DNA from: Mariniflexile sp.
GTDB lineage: Bacteria > Bacteroidota > Bacteroidia > Flavobacteriales > Flavobacteriaceae
DNA: 64,000 bases
Direction: 5' to 3'
Assembly: GCA_051275695.1 (NCBI GenBank)
Contig: JBNMNO010000002.1
Span: forward strand, 38 to 64,037
The notes below the pieces were generated by a model, which did no database searches, was not told the DNA's origin, and was given only the letters and a program-made list of their open reading frames with translations. The translations under genes and the position numbers were made by a program. Positions 40,945 through 50,495 of this stretch are shown piece after piece; position 1 is the stretch's first letter, and each line of letters begins with the position of its first letter.

Positions 40945-43326
40945 TTACCCTTTTAAAATGGCCTCATCTAAATTAAAAACCAAACTTGTTAGTACTGTAA
41001 ATGCATGCAATCTCTCATAAGTGATATTATTACCATTTAATTCAGAAAGTGTTTTCTTTGTTTTTTCTTGTTCCTTCTGATTAATATTTGATGAAGCCTC
41101 ATTAAGAAATTTCATCAATTTTTTCAACTCTAAATCATCAGGTCTTCTCGATATTATCTTTCTGAATATTTTTTCAACGCGTTGTTCGTCATTTAAACCC
41201 TGTTCGTTTAATGTGTTTAATGCCAATGTTTGTGCTGCCTCTATAAGTTGCGGATCATTTAACATCACCAAAGCCTGCAATGGTGTACTAGTTTTTTGAC
41301 GTGTTACTGTACAATAATCTCTTGAAGCCGCATCAAAAGTCATCATGGCAGGCGGTGGCACAGTTCTTTTCCAAAAGGTATATAAACTTCTTCGATATAG
41401 ATTATCGCCAGAATCCATAAAATATTTAGTGAGCCCTTGACCAGATGTTGTTTCTTCCCAAAGGCCTTTGGGCTGGTATGGTTTAACACTTGGCCCTCCA
41501 ATTTTATTTACTAATAAGCCACTAACTTTTAATGCATTATCTCTTATCATTTCTGCTGAAAGCTTGAATCTTGAACTTCTGGCTAATAATATATTATTAG
41601 GATCAATTTCTAATAATTCTGGTGTGATTTTTGAAGATTGTTGGTAGGTGCTTGACATAACCATTCTTTTTAACATTTTCTTGATGTCCCAACCTTCTTC
41701 TCTATAAGTCACAGCCAACCAATCGAGCAATTCTGGATGTGTTGGTAATGATCCTTGACTACCAAAATCAGAACTTGTAGAGACGATACCAACACCAAAA
41801 ATTTGTTGCCATAATCTATTTACGGCAACTCGAGCTGTTAATACATTTTGCTTATCAAAAAACCAATTGGCTAAGCCTAATCTATCTTTAGAAAATTTAG
41901 CTGAAAAGGGTAGTGCAATTTTAGGGGCACTGGCTTCAACTTCCTCGGTAGGGGCATCATATAAGCCACGTTTTAATATAAAAGTTTTGCGCTTTGGAGC
42001 ATCATCTCTCATAACCATTAATTTAAGCTGTTTAATAGAATCTGGCATGTTGATAAATGCTAGTGTCTCTTTTACTTCTTTAGATGTAATAGTTATATTT
42101 GGTTCTGGAATTTCATCATACTCAATCCTTCCTTTTTCATTTACCTTGTTGAAAAAACTATAAAAACTATAAAATTCCTTTTGAGAAATAGGATCGAATT
42201 TATGATCGTGACATTGGGCGCATTCCATCGTTAATCCCAATAAAGTTTTAGAGGTTGTATTTGCCCTGTCCAACACATATTGTACACGGTATTCTTCATC
42301 AATAACGCCTCCCTCTTGTGTTATTTTATGATTTCTATTGAACCCAGTCGCTAAAATTTGCTCTAAAGTTGCATTGGGCAACAAATCACCTGCTAATTGC
42401 CATTTAACAAACTCATCATACGGTATATTTCTATTAAAAGCACTAATCACCCAATCTCGCCATGGCCACATAACTCTTTCTAAATCATCTTGATAACCGT
42501 GTGTATCAGCGTATCTTGCTGCATCTAACCAACTAGCTGACATATGCTCTCCATATGCAAATGAAGCTAATAATTGATCTACTACCTTTTCAAAAGCTTT
42601 GGAATCATTATCATCGAGATATTTATCTATATCTTCTAAAGTTGGTGGTAAGCCCGTTAAATCAAAATAAACGCGTCTAATCAGTTTTTCTTTGCCAGTT
42701 GGTTTTGATGGTGAAAGACTTTTCTCTTCTAATTTTTTTATGATAAAATAATCTATTTCATTATTTGCTAGTTTTGAATTGGAAATTTTAGGGATTTTAT
42801 TCTTTACTGGGGGTACAAAAGCCCAATGGGCTTTCCATATCGCTCCTTGCTCAACCCATTTTGTCAACACCTGTTTTTCATATGGAGTTAAACTTAAATT
42901 AGATTCGGCAGGAGGCATTCTTTTCTCTATATCCGGATTATTGATTCTATAGATTAACTGACTCGATTCAACATCTCCTGGAACAATAGCATATCTATCT
43001 AAATGTTCTCCAATAGCGGCATAAGCTCCAGCTTTTGTGTCTAACCGTAAGCCAGCTTCCCTGGTTCCGTCATCCGGACCGTGGCACGAGTAGCATCGAT
43101 CTGAAAGGATAGGTTTTACATTAAAAATATAATCGATTGTATCAGGAAGTTGGTATGTGACCGTTTCATTAGCTGTCAAAGTTTCAGATTTTGATTCCTT
43201 TTTACCCAATGAAAGATATTGACCATTTGGACTTTCTGAAACGAATTTCACTAAAAGAATTGCAGCAAAAGGTATTATAAAATATAATATCAGTGAGAAG
43301 GATTTTATGCTCTTTATTTTAAACAT
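40945..43326 (-). CDS. Planctomycete cytochrome c + PSCyt2 (DUF1549) + PSD1 (DUF1553) protein
   Basis: VKPILSDRCYSCHGPD, HWAFVPP, WLDAARYADTHG, CAQCHDHKFDP, NRLWQQIFG.G, PTHPELLDWLA and TPLQAL. Confidence 0.92.
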   Translation of the reverse strand: MFKIKSIKSFSLILYFIIPFAAILLVKFVSESPNGQYLSLGKKESKSETLTANETVTYQLPDTIDYIFNVKPILSDRCYSCHGPDDGTREAGLRLDTKAGAYAAIGEHLDRYAIVPGDVESSQLIYRINNPDIEKRMPPAESNLSLTPYEKQVLTKWVEQGAIWKAHWAFVPPVKNKIPKISNSKLANNEIDYFIIKKLEEKSLSPSKPTGKEKLIRRVYFDLTGLPPTLEDIDKYLDDNDSKAFEKVVDQLLASFAYGEHMSASWLDAARYADTHGYQDDLERVMWPWRDWVISAFNRNIPYDEFVKWQLAGDLLPNATLEQILATGFNRNHKITQEGGVIDEEYRVQYVLDRANTTSKTLLGLTMECAQCHDHKFDPISQKEFYSFYSFFNKVNEKGRIEYDEIPEPNITITSKEVKETLAFINMPDSIKQLKLMVMRDDAPKRKTFILKRGLYDAPTEEVEASAPKIALPFSAKFSKDRLGLANWFFDKQNVLTARVAVNRLWQQIFGVGIVSTSSDFGSQGSLPTHPELLDWLAVTYREEGWDIKKMLKRMVMSSTYQQSSKITPELLEIDPNNILLARSSRFKLSAEMIRDNALKVSGLLVNKIGGPSVKPYQPKGLWEETTSGQGLTKYFMDSGDNLYRRSLYTFWKRTVPPPAMMTFDAASRDYCTVTRQKTSTPLQALVMLNDPQLIEAAQTLALNTLNEQGLNDEQRVEKIFRKIISRRPDDLELKKLMKFLNEASSNINQKEQEKTKKTLSELNGNNITYERLHAFTVLTSLVFNLDEAILKG

Positions 43327-43376
43327 TGAAAATGTTTTTGTTAATTATATATATAATAAACCTTTATGCGAACTTT

Positions 43377-43393
43377 TTTCGACGAGTAACAAT
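43377..43393 (-). promoter_or_regulatory. Box directly upstream of the cytochrome/DUF1501 module
   Basis: tttcgacgagtaacaat, about 50 bp upstream of the ATG at 43326; 15 of 17 bases match the box at 11823. Confidence 0.6.
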
Positions 43394-43418
43394 AAAATAC
43401 AGGTATATGAGGAATCAA

Positions 43419-45761
43419 TTAATCAATTAAAATTTCATCAATAAACAACCAAATATCGCCACCCTTCGCTGTCTTTTTTTGGTTGATTGCTTTTACTTTT
43501 ACAAATCTTGCTTTGCGTTCCGTAAATCTAACTTCAAAATCTTTTAGCTCAGGCTTGGGGTTTTTAGCAAAGGCTCTGTCAATGCGACCTACTGCCTCAT
43601 ATGCTTGACCATCATTTGAAACAAAAACTTCTATAGCGATTGGGAAATAGATATCTGGGCCTTGATTTTCCATAGAACCAATGGTTACTTGGTTTATAGA
43701 CGTTTCTTTATCCAAATCAATCACAACTTCCAAATCTTCACCTAACCAAGCTTGCCACTGACCATCATGAAAATTTTTTGAGCCTCTAAGAGTATTTACC
43801 AATCCAAAGGCGCCCGCGCCCTTATAACTATCACTATAAGACGTTATATATTCAACTTTATGTGCTACGGCTTTGTGAAATTTAATGGTATCTATAAAAG
43901 CACGGCCGAATGGTTTATTGTTTTTGAACAAAGATGCTTTTATGTTTGTTGTTTTCAGAAGTTCTATTGGGCTTGTATATTTTATGGCGTTTTCATTCAT
44001 GTTTTTATCTGCCAACACATAGCGAACATCTGCATTTGGAAATTCATTTTGTAATGATAAACTGATTAGTTTCTTTTCTAAATTCACTTCTGCATTCGCT
44101 GTTACCAGAAAAACACTTTTTGCATAATTAATATGGAGGTATTCATATCGCTTAAACATGGTTATAAGTCTAGATGAAAAGCCGCCCCAATTACGTGATT
44201 CTTTAGGACTCCAAACTGTTTCTGATAAAGCAGCCAATCGCGGATAAATCATATACTCTGAATGATCTTCTGTTTCTATATATTCTGACCATAAATTTGC
44301 TTGTCCGCCCAACACATGTGACGCTTCTTGGGGAGTCATTGAATCTACAACAGGATCAAATTGGTACACTTTACTAATTGGAGTATAACCACCAATGGCC
44401 AAAGGCTCTTCATTTTGTGGCCCTTGATAATGATCAAAATAACAGTGTGTTCCAGGCGTCATTACCACATCATGACCTTGCTCAGCAGCTTCTACACCCC
44501 CTTGCACACCTCTCCAACTCATTACTGTTGCATCTGGTGCCAAACCTCCTTCTAATATTTCATCCCAACCAATTAATTTTTTCCCTTTTGAATTGATGAA
44601 TTTTTCTATTCTTTTCACAAAATAGCTTTGTAATTCATTTACATCTTTTAAACCTTCATTTTTTATCCTTTTTTGACAATGAGGGCATATTTGCCAGTTT
44701 GTTTTTGTTGCTTCATCACCTCCTATATGGATATATTTTGAAGGAAAAATATCCATTACTTCAACCAACACATTTTCCAAAAATTCAAAAGTAGACTCCT
44801 TACCTGCGCAATAAATATCTGTGATTGGCCAAACTCCGCCAGAAGGGACACCAACAGGTTTTTCAAAGCAAGACAATTCTGGATAGGCCGCAATGGCACT
44901 TGTAACATGAGCAGGCATCTCAATTTCAGGAATAATCTCTACATTCTTAGATTTAGCATATTTTACAAGTTCTTTTAATTCTTCCTGAGATAAAAACCCT
45001 CCATAAGTTCCTTCTTCTTCTGGTGTAACTGGATCTTTTGCGTTCCAATTTTTATCTTCCTGATCTACTCTCCAGGATCCAACTTCAGTTAATTTTGGAT
45101 ATTTTTTAATTTCTATTCTCCACCCCTGATCATCTACTAAATGCAAATGCAATACATTCATTTTATGCATAGCCAAACCATCAATCACTTCTTTTATATA
45201 TTTTTTATCAAAAAAGTGACGAGAAAGATCTAACATTAAGCCTCTCCATTTAAATCTAGGTTGATCTTGTATTTCCAGGTTTGGAATAACCCAATCAACA
45301 TTAGATACTCTTTCTGAACTTTCAATAGCCACTGGCAGTAATTGACGTACAGATTCTAGTCCATAAATGAAACCGGCATTCCCCTGAGATGTAATGATAA
45401 TGTTTTCTTTGTTTACTTCTAATTTATAAACTTCATTCGCTAAATTATAATCTATAACAAATTGAATGTAATTATTTTTAGGTTGCTTATTTAAAACTTC
45501 AAGATTCCACCCAGTCGCTTTTTTAAACTTGTTTGTTAAAGCCTTTGAAATTTCTTTTTGAGCATCATTATTAACTACAAACTTGGTGCTCTCTGAAAAT
45601 TCAAATACCCCGTCGTTAATTTTTAACTCAGCTGGTTTTGGAATAATTTGGATATCGATTTCTGTATATTCCTTGATTTCTGCACAGGAAATTAAAAAAA
45701 ACAGGAGAGTTACTGCAATAATTTGATTTAATAGTTTCATATAAACTTTATAAGTAGACAT
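43419..45761 (-). CDS. GH20 beta-N-acetylhexosaminidase with FN3 and discoidin-like C-terminal domains
   Basis: PRFKWRGLMLDLSRHF, HLVDDQGWRIE, the catalytic HIGGDEA and lipobox LISC. Confidence 0.93.
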   Translation of the reverse strand: MSTYKVYMKLLNQIIAVTLLFFLISCAEIKEYTEIDIQIIPKPAELKINDGVFEFSESTKFVVNNDAQKEISKALTNKFKKATGWNLEVLNKQPKNNYIQFVIDYNLANEVYKLEVNKENIIITSQGNAGFIYGLESVRQLLPVAIESSERVSNVDWVIPNLEIQDQPRFKWRGLMLDLSRHFFDKKYIKEVIDGLAMHKMNVLHLHLVDDQGWRIEIKKYPKLTEVGSWRVDQEDKNWNAKDPVTPEEEGTYGGFLSQEELKELVKYAKSKNVEIIPEIEMPAHVTSAIAAYPELSCFEKPVGVPSGGVWPITDIYCAGKESTFEFLENVLVEVMDIFPSKYIHIGGDEATKTNWQICPHCQKRIKNEGLKDVNELQSYFVKRIEKFINSKGKKLIGWDEILEGGLAPDATVMSWRGVQGGVEAAEQGHDVVMTPGTHCYFDHYQGPQNEEPLAIGGYTPISKVYQFDPVVDSMTPQEASHVLGGQANLWSEYIETEDHSEYMIYPRLAALSETVWSPKESRNWGGFSSRLITMFKRYEYLHINYAKSVFLVTANAEVNLEKKLISLSLQNEFPNADVRYVLADKNMNENAIKYTSPIELLKTTNIKASLFKNNKPFGRAFIDTIKFHKAVAHKVEYITSYSDSYKGAGAFGLVNTLRGSKNFHDGQWQAWLGEDLEVVIDLDKETSINQVTIGSMENQGPDIYFPIAIEVFVSNDGQAYEAVGRIDRAFAKNPKPELKDFEVRFTERKARFVKVKAINQKKTAKGGDIWLFIDEILID

Positions 45762-45773
45762 TAATAAATATTT

Positions 45774-46787
45774 TTAATTATCCCAAGACATTTTAAATTG
45801 GGCATCTTCCATTCTGTTTCCTTTTTCTTCATCATGAATTGCATAATTAAATCCAGATCGCAAACTATAACCTGCATGTTCTCCATTTTTGTTTAGAGCA
45901 ATGAAGCCCACTTGCAAATATTCTAGGTCTTTGTGGTTTTTATGTTTATCATAAATACGCTCCACTATTTCTTTGCAGGCCTCAAAAGGCGTTTTACCTT
46001 GTCTCATTAACTCAACAACCATGGCGCTTCCAGCAGTTCTAAGCACAGCCTCTCCTAGCCCTGTGGCTGCTGCGGCACCTACCTCATTATCTAAAAACAG
46101 TCCTGCTCCAATAATTGGAGAATCCCCAACACGTCCATGCATTTTCCAAGCGGCACCACTGGTGGTACATCCGCCTGAAAGGTTTCCTTCTTCATCAATA
46201 ACCAACATAGAAATTGTGTCGTGGTTTTCTATATTTATAACCGGCTCATACTTTGATTCTTGAAGCCATTTCTTCCAATCCTTTTCAGATTCTGCTGTTA
46301 ATAAGTTTTCTTCAACAAAACCTTCCGATAGAGCAAATTGAAGAGCCCCTTGTCCAGATAACATCACATGCGGTGTGTTTTGCAGCACTTTTTTTGCCAC
46401 TGAAATGGGATGTTTTATACCTTGTAAAAAAGACACAGAACCACAATTGCTATGGTGATCCATAATACATGCATCTAAAGTCACCTTCCCTTCCCTATCT
46501 GGAAAACCACCATACCCTACACTTCTAATATCTGGGTCACCTTCTGGAATTCTCATACCGGCTTCAATAGCATCTAAAGTAGGTTTTCCGTTTTTTAATT
46601 GTTTCCAAGTTTCTTCATTGGCAGGTAAACCATGATTCCAAGTAGAAATAATTAAAGGTTTCTTTTGTGTTTTTACAATAATTTCTTCAGTCTTATTCTG
46701 AGTTACAACTTCCTTGCAACTTAAAATAGTGGTAATACCTATAGTTCCTAAAGTTGCTTTCCTTATAAAATCTCTTCTGTCTGACAT
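45774..46787 (-). CDS. N4-(beta-N-acetylglucosaminyl)-L-asparaginase (glycosylasparaginase)
   Basis: Tat motif (DRRDFIRK), SVGYGG.PD, the autocleavage site NHD/TI and GRVGDSPIIGAG. Confidence 0.9.
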   Translation of the reverse strand: MSDRRDFIRKATLGTIGITTILSCKEVVTQNKTEEIIVKTQKKPLIISTWNHGLPANEETWKQLKNGKPTLDAIEAGMRIPEGDPDIRSVGYGGFPDREGKVTLDACIMDHHSNCGSVSFLQGIKHPISVAKKVLQNTPHVMLSGQGALQFALSEGFVEENLLTAESEKDWKKWLQESKYEPVINIENHDTISMLVIDEEGNLSGGCTTSGAAWKMHGRVGDSPIIGAGLFLDNEVGAAAATGLGEAVLRTAGSAMVVELMRQGKTPFEACKEIVERIYDKHKNHKDLEYLQVGFIALNKNGEHAGYSLRSGFNYAIHDEEKGNRMEDAQFKMSWDN

Positions 46788-46797
46788 AAATTTTGTT

Positions 46798-49044
46798 TTA
46801 ATTGAATATTTTTGATGTTATTGCCATAACATTATTGTCCTTCTTATTTGGAAGCCTTCCCATTGTAAAAACTAATTTTCCTCCTTGCATAATTTCTTTA
46901 TGGGTAATATAAATTCTTTTGTATTCTTCTCCATTAAATAGCGTGGATTGTATATATTTATTTTCTTTTGAATTATTAATCACTTCCATTTCAAACTGCT
47001 TTCCATTTTCTAGATTAATAATTACTCTATCAAACAATGGAGACCCAAAACTGTAAACACCTTGAGCTGGATTAACGGGGTAAAAACCTAGAGAACTAAA
47101 TATATACCAAGAGGACATTTGTCCGCAATCCTCATTTCCACAATGTCCATCTGGTGTGTTTTTGTATTGAGTTTCTAAAAGCTCTCTAACCCACTTTTGT
47201 GTTTTCCAGGGTTTATCAACATAATTATATAGATATGCCACATGATGACTTGGTTCGTTTCCGTGTGCATATTGACCAATCATGCCCGTACTGAATATTG
47301 GCAATTTATCTTCTGGCAATGGCTTTAAAGTAAACATGGAATCCAGTTTTTTCTCAAATGCGTCATTACCTCCAATTGCCTCTATTAAGCCTTCAATATT
47401 TTGAGGCACAGACCACACATATTGCCATGCATTGCTTTCGCAGAAATACGGCGTGTATTCTTTTGGAATAAAGGTTTTTACAAATTCACCATTCTTCAAT
47501 TTTGGCCGCATAAAGGAACTTATTGAATCGTACACATGACGCCAATTTTCAGAACGTTTTAAAAAATAATCATAATCCTCAACTTTATTCAAATCTTTCG
47601 CAAACTGTGAAATACACCAATCATCATATGCATATTCCAGTGTTTTGGAGACCGACCAATTTTCATGACTTTCATCTCCTGGAACATATCCCAATTTTTT
47701 GTAATCATCAATTTGTCTAGAATTATCCATGGCGCTTGCTTTGCAAGCCTTATAAGCTAATTCAACATCAAAATTTTTAATCCCCTTAAAATAAGCATCT
47801 ACAACTACAGGAACAGCATGGTAACCAATCATCATATTGGTTTCATTCCCTTGCATAGACCAAACTGGTAATAAGCCCGTTTCTTTGAAGTGTGCCAATA
47901 AAGAATTAATCATACCCGACGTTCTACTTGGATGTATTATGGTATATAATGGGTGTGCTGCTCTAAAGGTGTCCCACAATGAAAAAGTGTCGTATCTATT
48001 AAAACCAGAGGCATTCATAATTAAATCATTTGCACCCTTGTAATTTCCATTGTGATCGCTTAATAATGTTGGGGCTAACATAGACTGATATAACATGGTA
48101 TAGAAGATTTCCTTCTTATTAACATCTTCTGTTTCTATAGTTATTTTCTGGAGTTCCTGCTCCCAAACGAGATCTGCTTCCTTTCTATATCGATCAAAAT
48201 TAAAATCAGGAACTTCCATTTCTAATGATTTATAAGCGCCTTTTATATTTGCAGTAGAGAGTCCCGTTTTTAAAATTATTTTTTCATCTTCAAAAGTCTC
48301 ATAGTTTAAAACAACTTTAGTTCTTTTGGCTTTTATAGGATTATTAGTAAGCGTGTCATTGTTAAAAACATTGAATGATTTAAATGGCTTTGAAAACTTC
48401 ATTACAAAATAAACACGCTGATCTTTTGCCCAACCTGTTGATTTTCTGTATCCTTCAATAGTCATACTATTCAAAACATTAATATACGTCTCTGTAGGAC
48501 TGTCCCAGTTTAAGGCATACCCTAAATCGATATGAATTTTTGATAGACTATCTTTAGGAAATGTATACCTATGTATGCCGCTTCTTTCTGTGGCTGTTAA
48601 TTCAGCCTTTATACCATAATCTAATAAATTGACCGCATAATAGCCTGGTGAGGCTTCCTCTTTTTGATGTGAAAAACTTGAAAAAGGTTTAAAATTGTTT
48701 TCTTTAATTTTTTTATTATATCGGCTGTTGGTAGGCATCACCAAAATATCATATAGATCGCCAGCTCCCGTGCCCGTTAAGTGTGTATGAGAAAATCCAG
48801 AAATAATAGAATCTTGATAAAAATATCCTGCAATGCGATCCCAACCAGGTATACCAATATCTGGGCTTAATTGCACCATTCCAAAAGGTAGGGTCGCACC
48901 TGGATAAGTGTTTCCTGGGCCATCAGTTCCAATAAAAGGGTTTACATAACTAGTTAGTTTAACTTGGAATTTTTCCTCTTTAGATTGCTCACAGCTAAGT
49001 ATGAACAATACATATACTATATATATAAGACCGTATTTATTCAT
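46798..49044 (-). CDS. GH92 alpha-mannosidase
   Basis: PFGMVQLSPD, HTHLTGTG, FSLWDTFR, ESNAWQY, HGNEPSHH and GNEDCGQ. Confidence 0.92.
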   Translation of the reverse strand: MNKYGLIYIVYVLFILSCEQSKEEKFQVKLTSYVNPFIGTDGPGNTYPGATLPFGMVQLSPDIGIPGWDRIAGYFYQDSIISGFSHTHLTGTGAGDLYDILVMPTNSRYNKKIKENNFKPFSSFSHQKEEASPGYYAVNLLDYGIKAELTATERSGIHRYTFPKDSLSKIHIDLGYALNWDSPTETYINVLNSMTIEGYRKSTGWAKDQRVYFVMKFSKPFKSFNVFNNDTLTNNPIKAKRTKVVLNYETFEDEKIILKTGLSTANIKGAYKSLEMEVPDFNFDRYRKEADLVWEQELQKITIETEDVNKKEIFYTMLYQSMLAPTLLSDHNGNYKGANDLIMNASGFNRYDTFSLWDTFRAAHPLYTIIHPSRTSGMINSLLAHFKETGLLPVWSMQGNETNMMIGYHAVPVVVDAYFKGIKNFDVELAYKACKASAMDNSRQIDDYKKLGYVPGDESHENWSVSKTLEYAYDDWCISQFAKDLNKVEDYDYFLKRSENWRHVYDSISSFMRPKLKNGEFVKTFIPKEYTPYFCESNAWQYVWSVPQNIEGLIEAIGGNDAFEKKLDSMFTLKPLPEDKLPIFSTGMIGQYAHGNEPSHHVAYLYNYVDKPWKTQKWVRELLETQYKNTPDGHCGNEDCGQMSSWYIFSSLGFYPVNPAQGVYSFGSPLFDRVIINLENGKQFEMEVINNSKENKYIQSTLFNGEEYKRIYITHKEIMQGGKLVFTMGRLPNKKDNNVMAITSKIFN

Positions 49045-49131
49045 TATTTCTTTAATCGTCTTTAAATAATATTCGGTTAAAGCTTATCCGCTAAAAAAGG
49101 GACATATTTAGTATTATTTCCTATAAAACAT

Positions 49132-50445
49132 CTAGCTTATATACTCCTGAGATTTTCCATTTTTATACCCATACCATAAAATATAAGAATAGCAAAGTAT
49201 TATAAATAGCAATGCTTTTTTAAATTCAATGTGGTCTGTTAAATAACCGAAAGTTGGCGGAATTAAAGCTCCACCTACAATAGCTGTACATAATAAACCC
49301 GAGGCTTTTGGTTTTAAGTGCCCAATACCATTTATAGCTAATGTAAATATGGTAGGAAACATAATAGAGTTGAATAAACCAACCGCCAAAATACTCCACA
49401 TACTCACTAAGCCATTCGTGTTAATGGACACTAAAATTAAGACAACTACAATAGATGCAAAAAGAGCAAGAACCTTTCCTGGTTTAATAATTTTCGTAAG
49501 ATAAGCCCCTGCAAAACGTCCAATCATGGCACCAGACCAATAAAAGGTTACAAAAACACCAACTACTGCTTTATTATCAAATTCAGCTATTCCCGAATTA
49601 AGTATGGTCTCTGCTATAAATTTCATAACCTCACTTTCTTTAATTACCGAAACAAGATTCATATCTAAAAAATAGTTTACTAAGTAGCTCCCAATAGCGA
49701 CTTCAGCTCCAACATAACAGAATATACCCAAAACACCTTGCATAAGCTTTCTGTTTTTAAACGCTTCAGCATAAGTTCCTGATGATGCTTCAGTAATCAT
49801 TTTAGGCAATTTTGAGAACAAAAATATAACAGCGATCAAACCTATGAATATAGCCAATCCAATAAATGGTGTTTGTACAGCTGCAGCTTCAGAAGCTAAG
49901 TAAAGTTCTTTTGCAGTATTATCTAGTGCTGCTATTTCGTCTTTATCCTTAATAACGTCGCTTAAAATAAATAGTGCCCCAACTGCAGGAGCAATAGCAG
50001 TTCCCAAAGAATTAAATGCTTGAGAGAGGTTTAAACGACTGGAAGCTCCTTCTTCTGAACCTAAAACAGCTACAAATGGATTGGCAGCAACTTGCAGAAT
50101 GGTCATACCGGCAGCTAAAATAAAATAGGCCAACATAAAAATTCCGAAAATTCGGTAGGAAGCTGCAGGATAAAACAACAAGCAACCTAAAGCCATGGTT
50201 AATAAACCCAGAATAATTCCCTTTTTATATCCTATTTTAGAAAGAATAAAACTTGCTGGTATGGAGAGTAAAAAATAAGCACCAAAAAACGCAAATTGAA
50301 CTAAACCCGCTTGAAAATAAGTCAAGGTAAATAATTCGCGCAAACGCGGAATTAAAGAATCTACAAGAACTGTAATAAATCCCCAAAGAAAAAACAAAAT
50401 AGTCAATAGAATGAATGAAGAACGATACGATTTTTGATTGTCCAT
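49132..50445 (-). CDS. MFS sugar transporter, FucP/GluP family
   Basis: LFFLWGF, QFAFFGAYF, LQVAANP, RLNLSQAFNSLG, YVGAEV and NSIMFPTIF. Confidence 0.9.
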   Translation of the reverse strand: MDNQKSYRSSFILLTILFFLWGFITVLVDSLIPRLRELFTLTYFQAGLVQFAFFGAYFLLSIPASFILSKIGYKKGIILGLLTMALGCLLFYPAASYRIFGIFMLAYFILAAGMTILQVAANPFVAVLGSEEGASSRLNLSQAFNSLGTAIAPAVGALFILSDVIKDKDEIAALDNTAKELYLASEAAAVQTPFIGLAIFIGLIAVIFLFSKLPKMITEASSGTYAEAFKNRKLMQGVLGIFCYVGAEVAIGSYLVNYFLDMNLVSVIKESEVMKFIAETILNSGIAEFDNKAVVGVFVTFYWSGAMIGRFAGAYLTKIIKPGKVLALFASIVVVLILVSINTNGLVSMWSILAVGLFNSIMFPTIFTLAINGIGHLKPKASGLLCTAIVGGALIPPTFGYLTDHIEFKKALLFIILCYSYILWYGYKNGKSQEYIS

Positions 50446-50495
50446 AATTTTTAGCTGATTATACTATTTTTTTTTATAAAGTTATTAATAAATTA

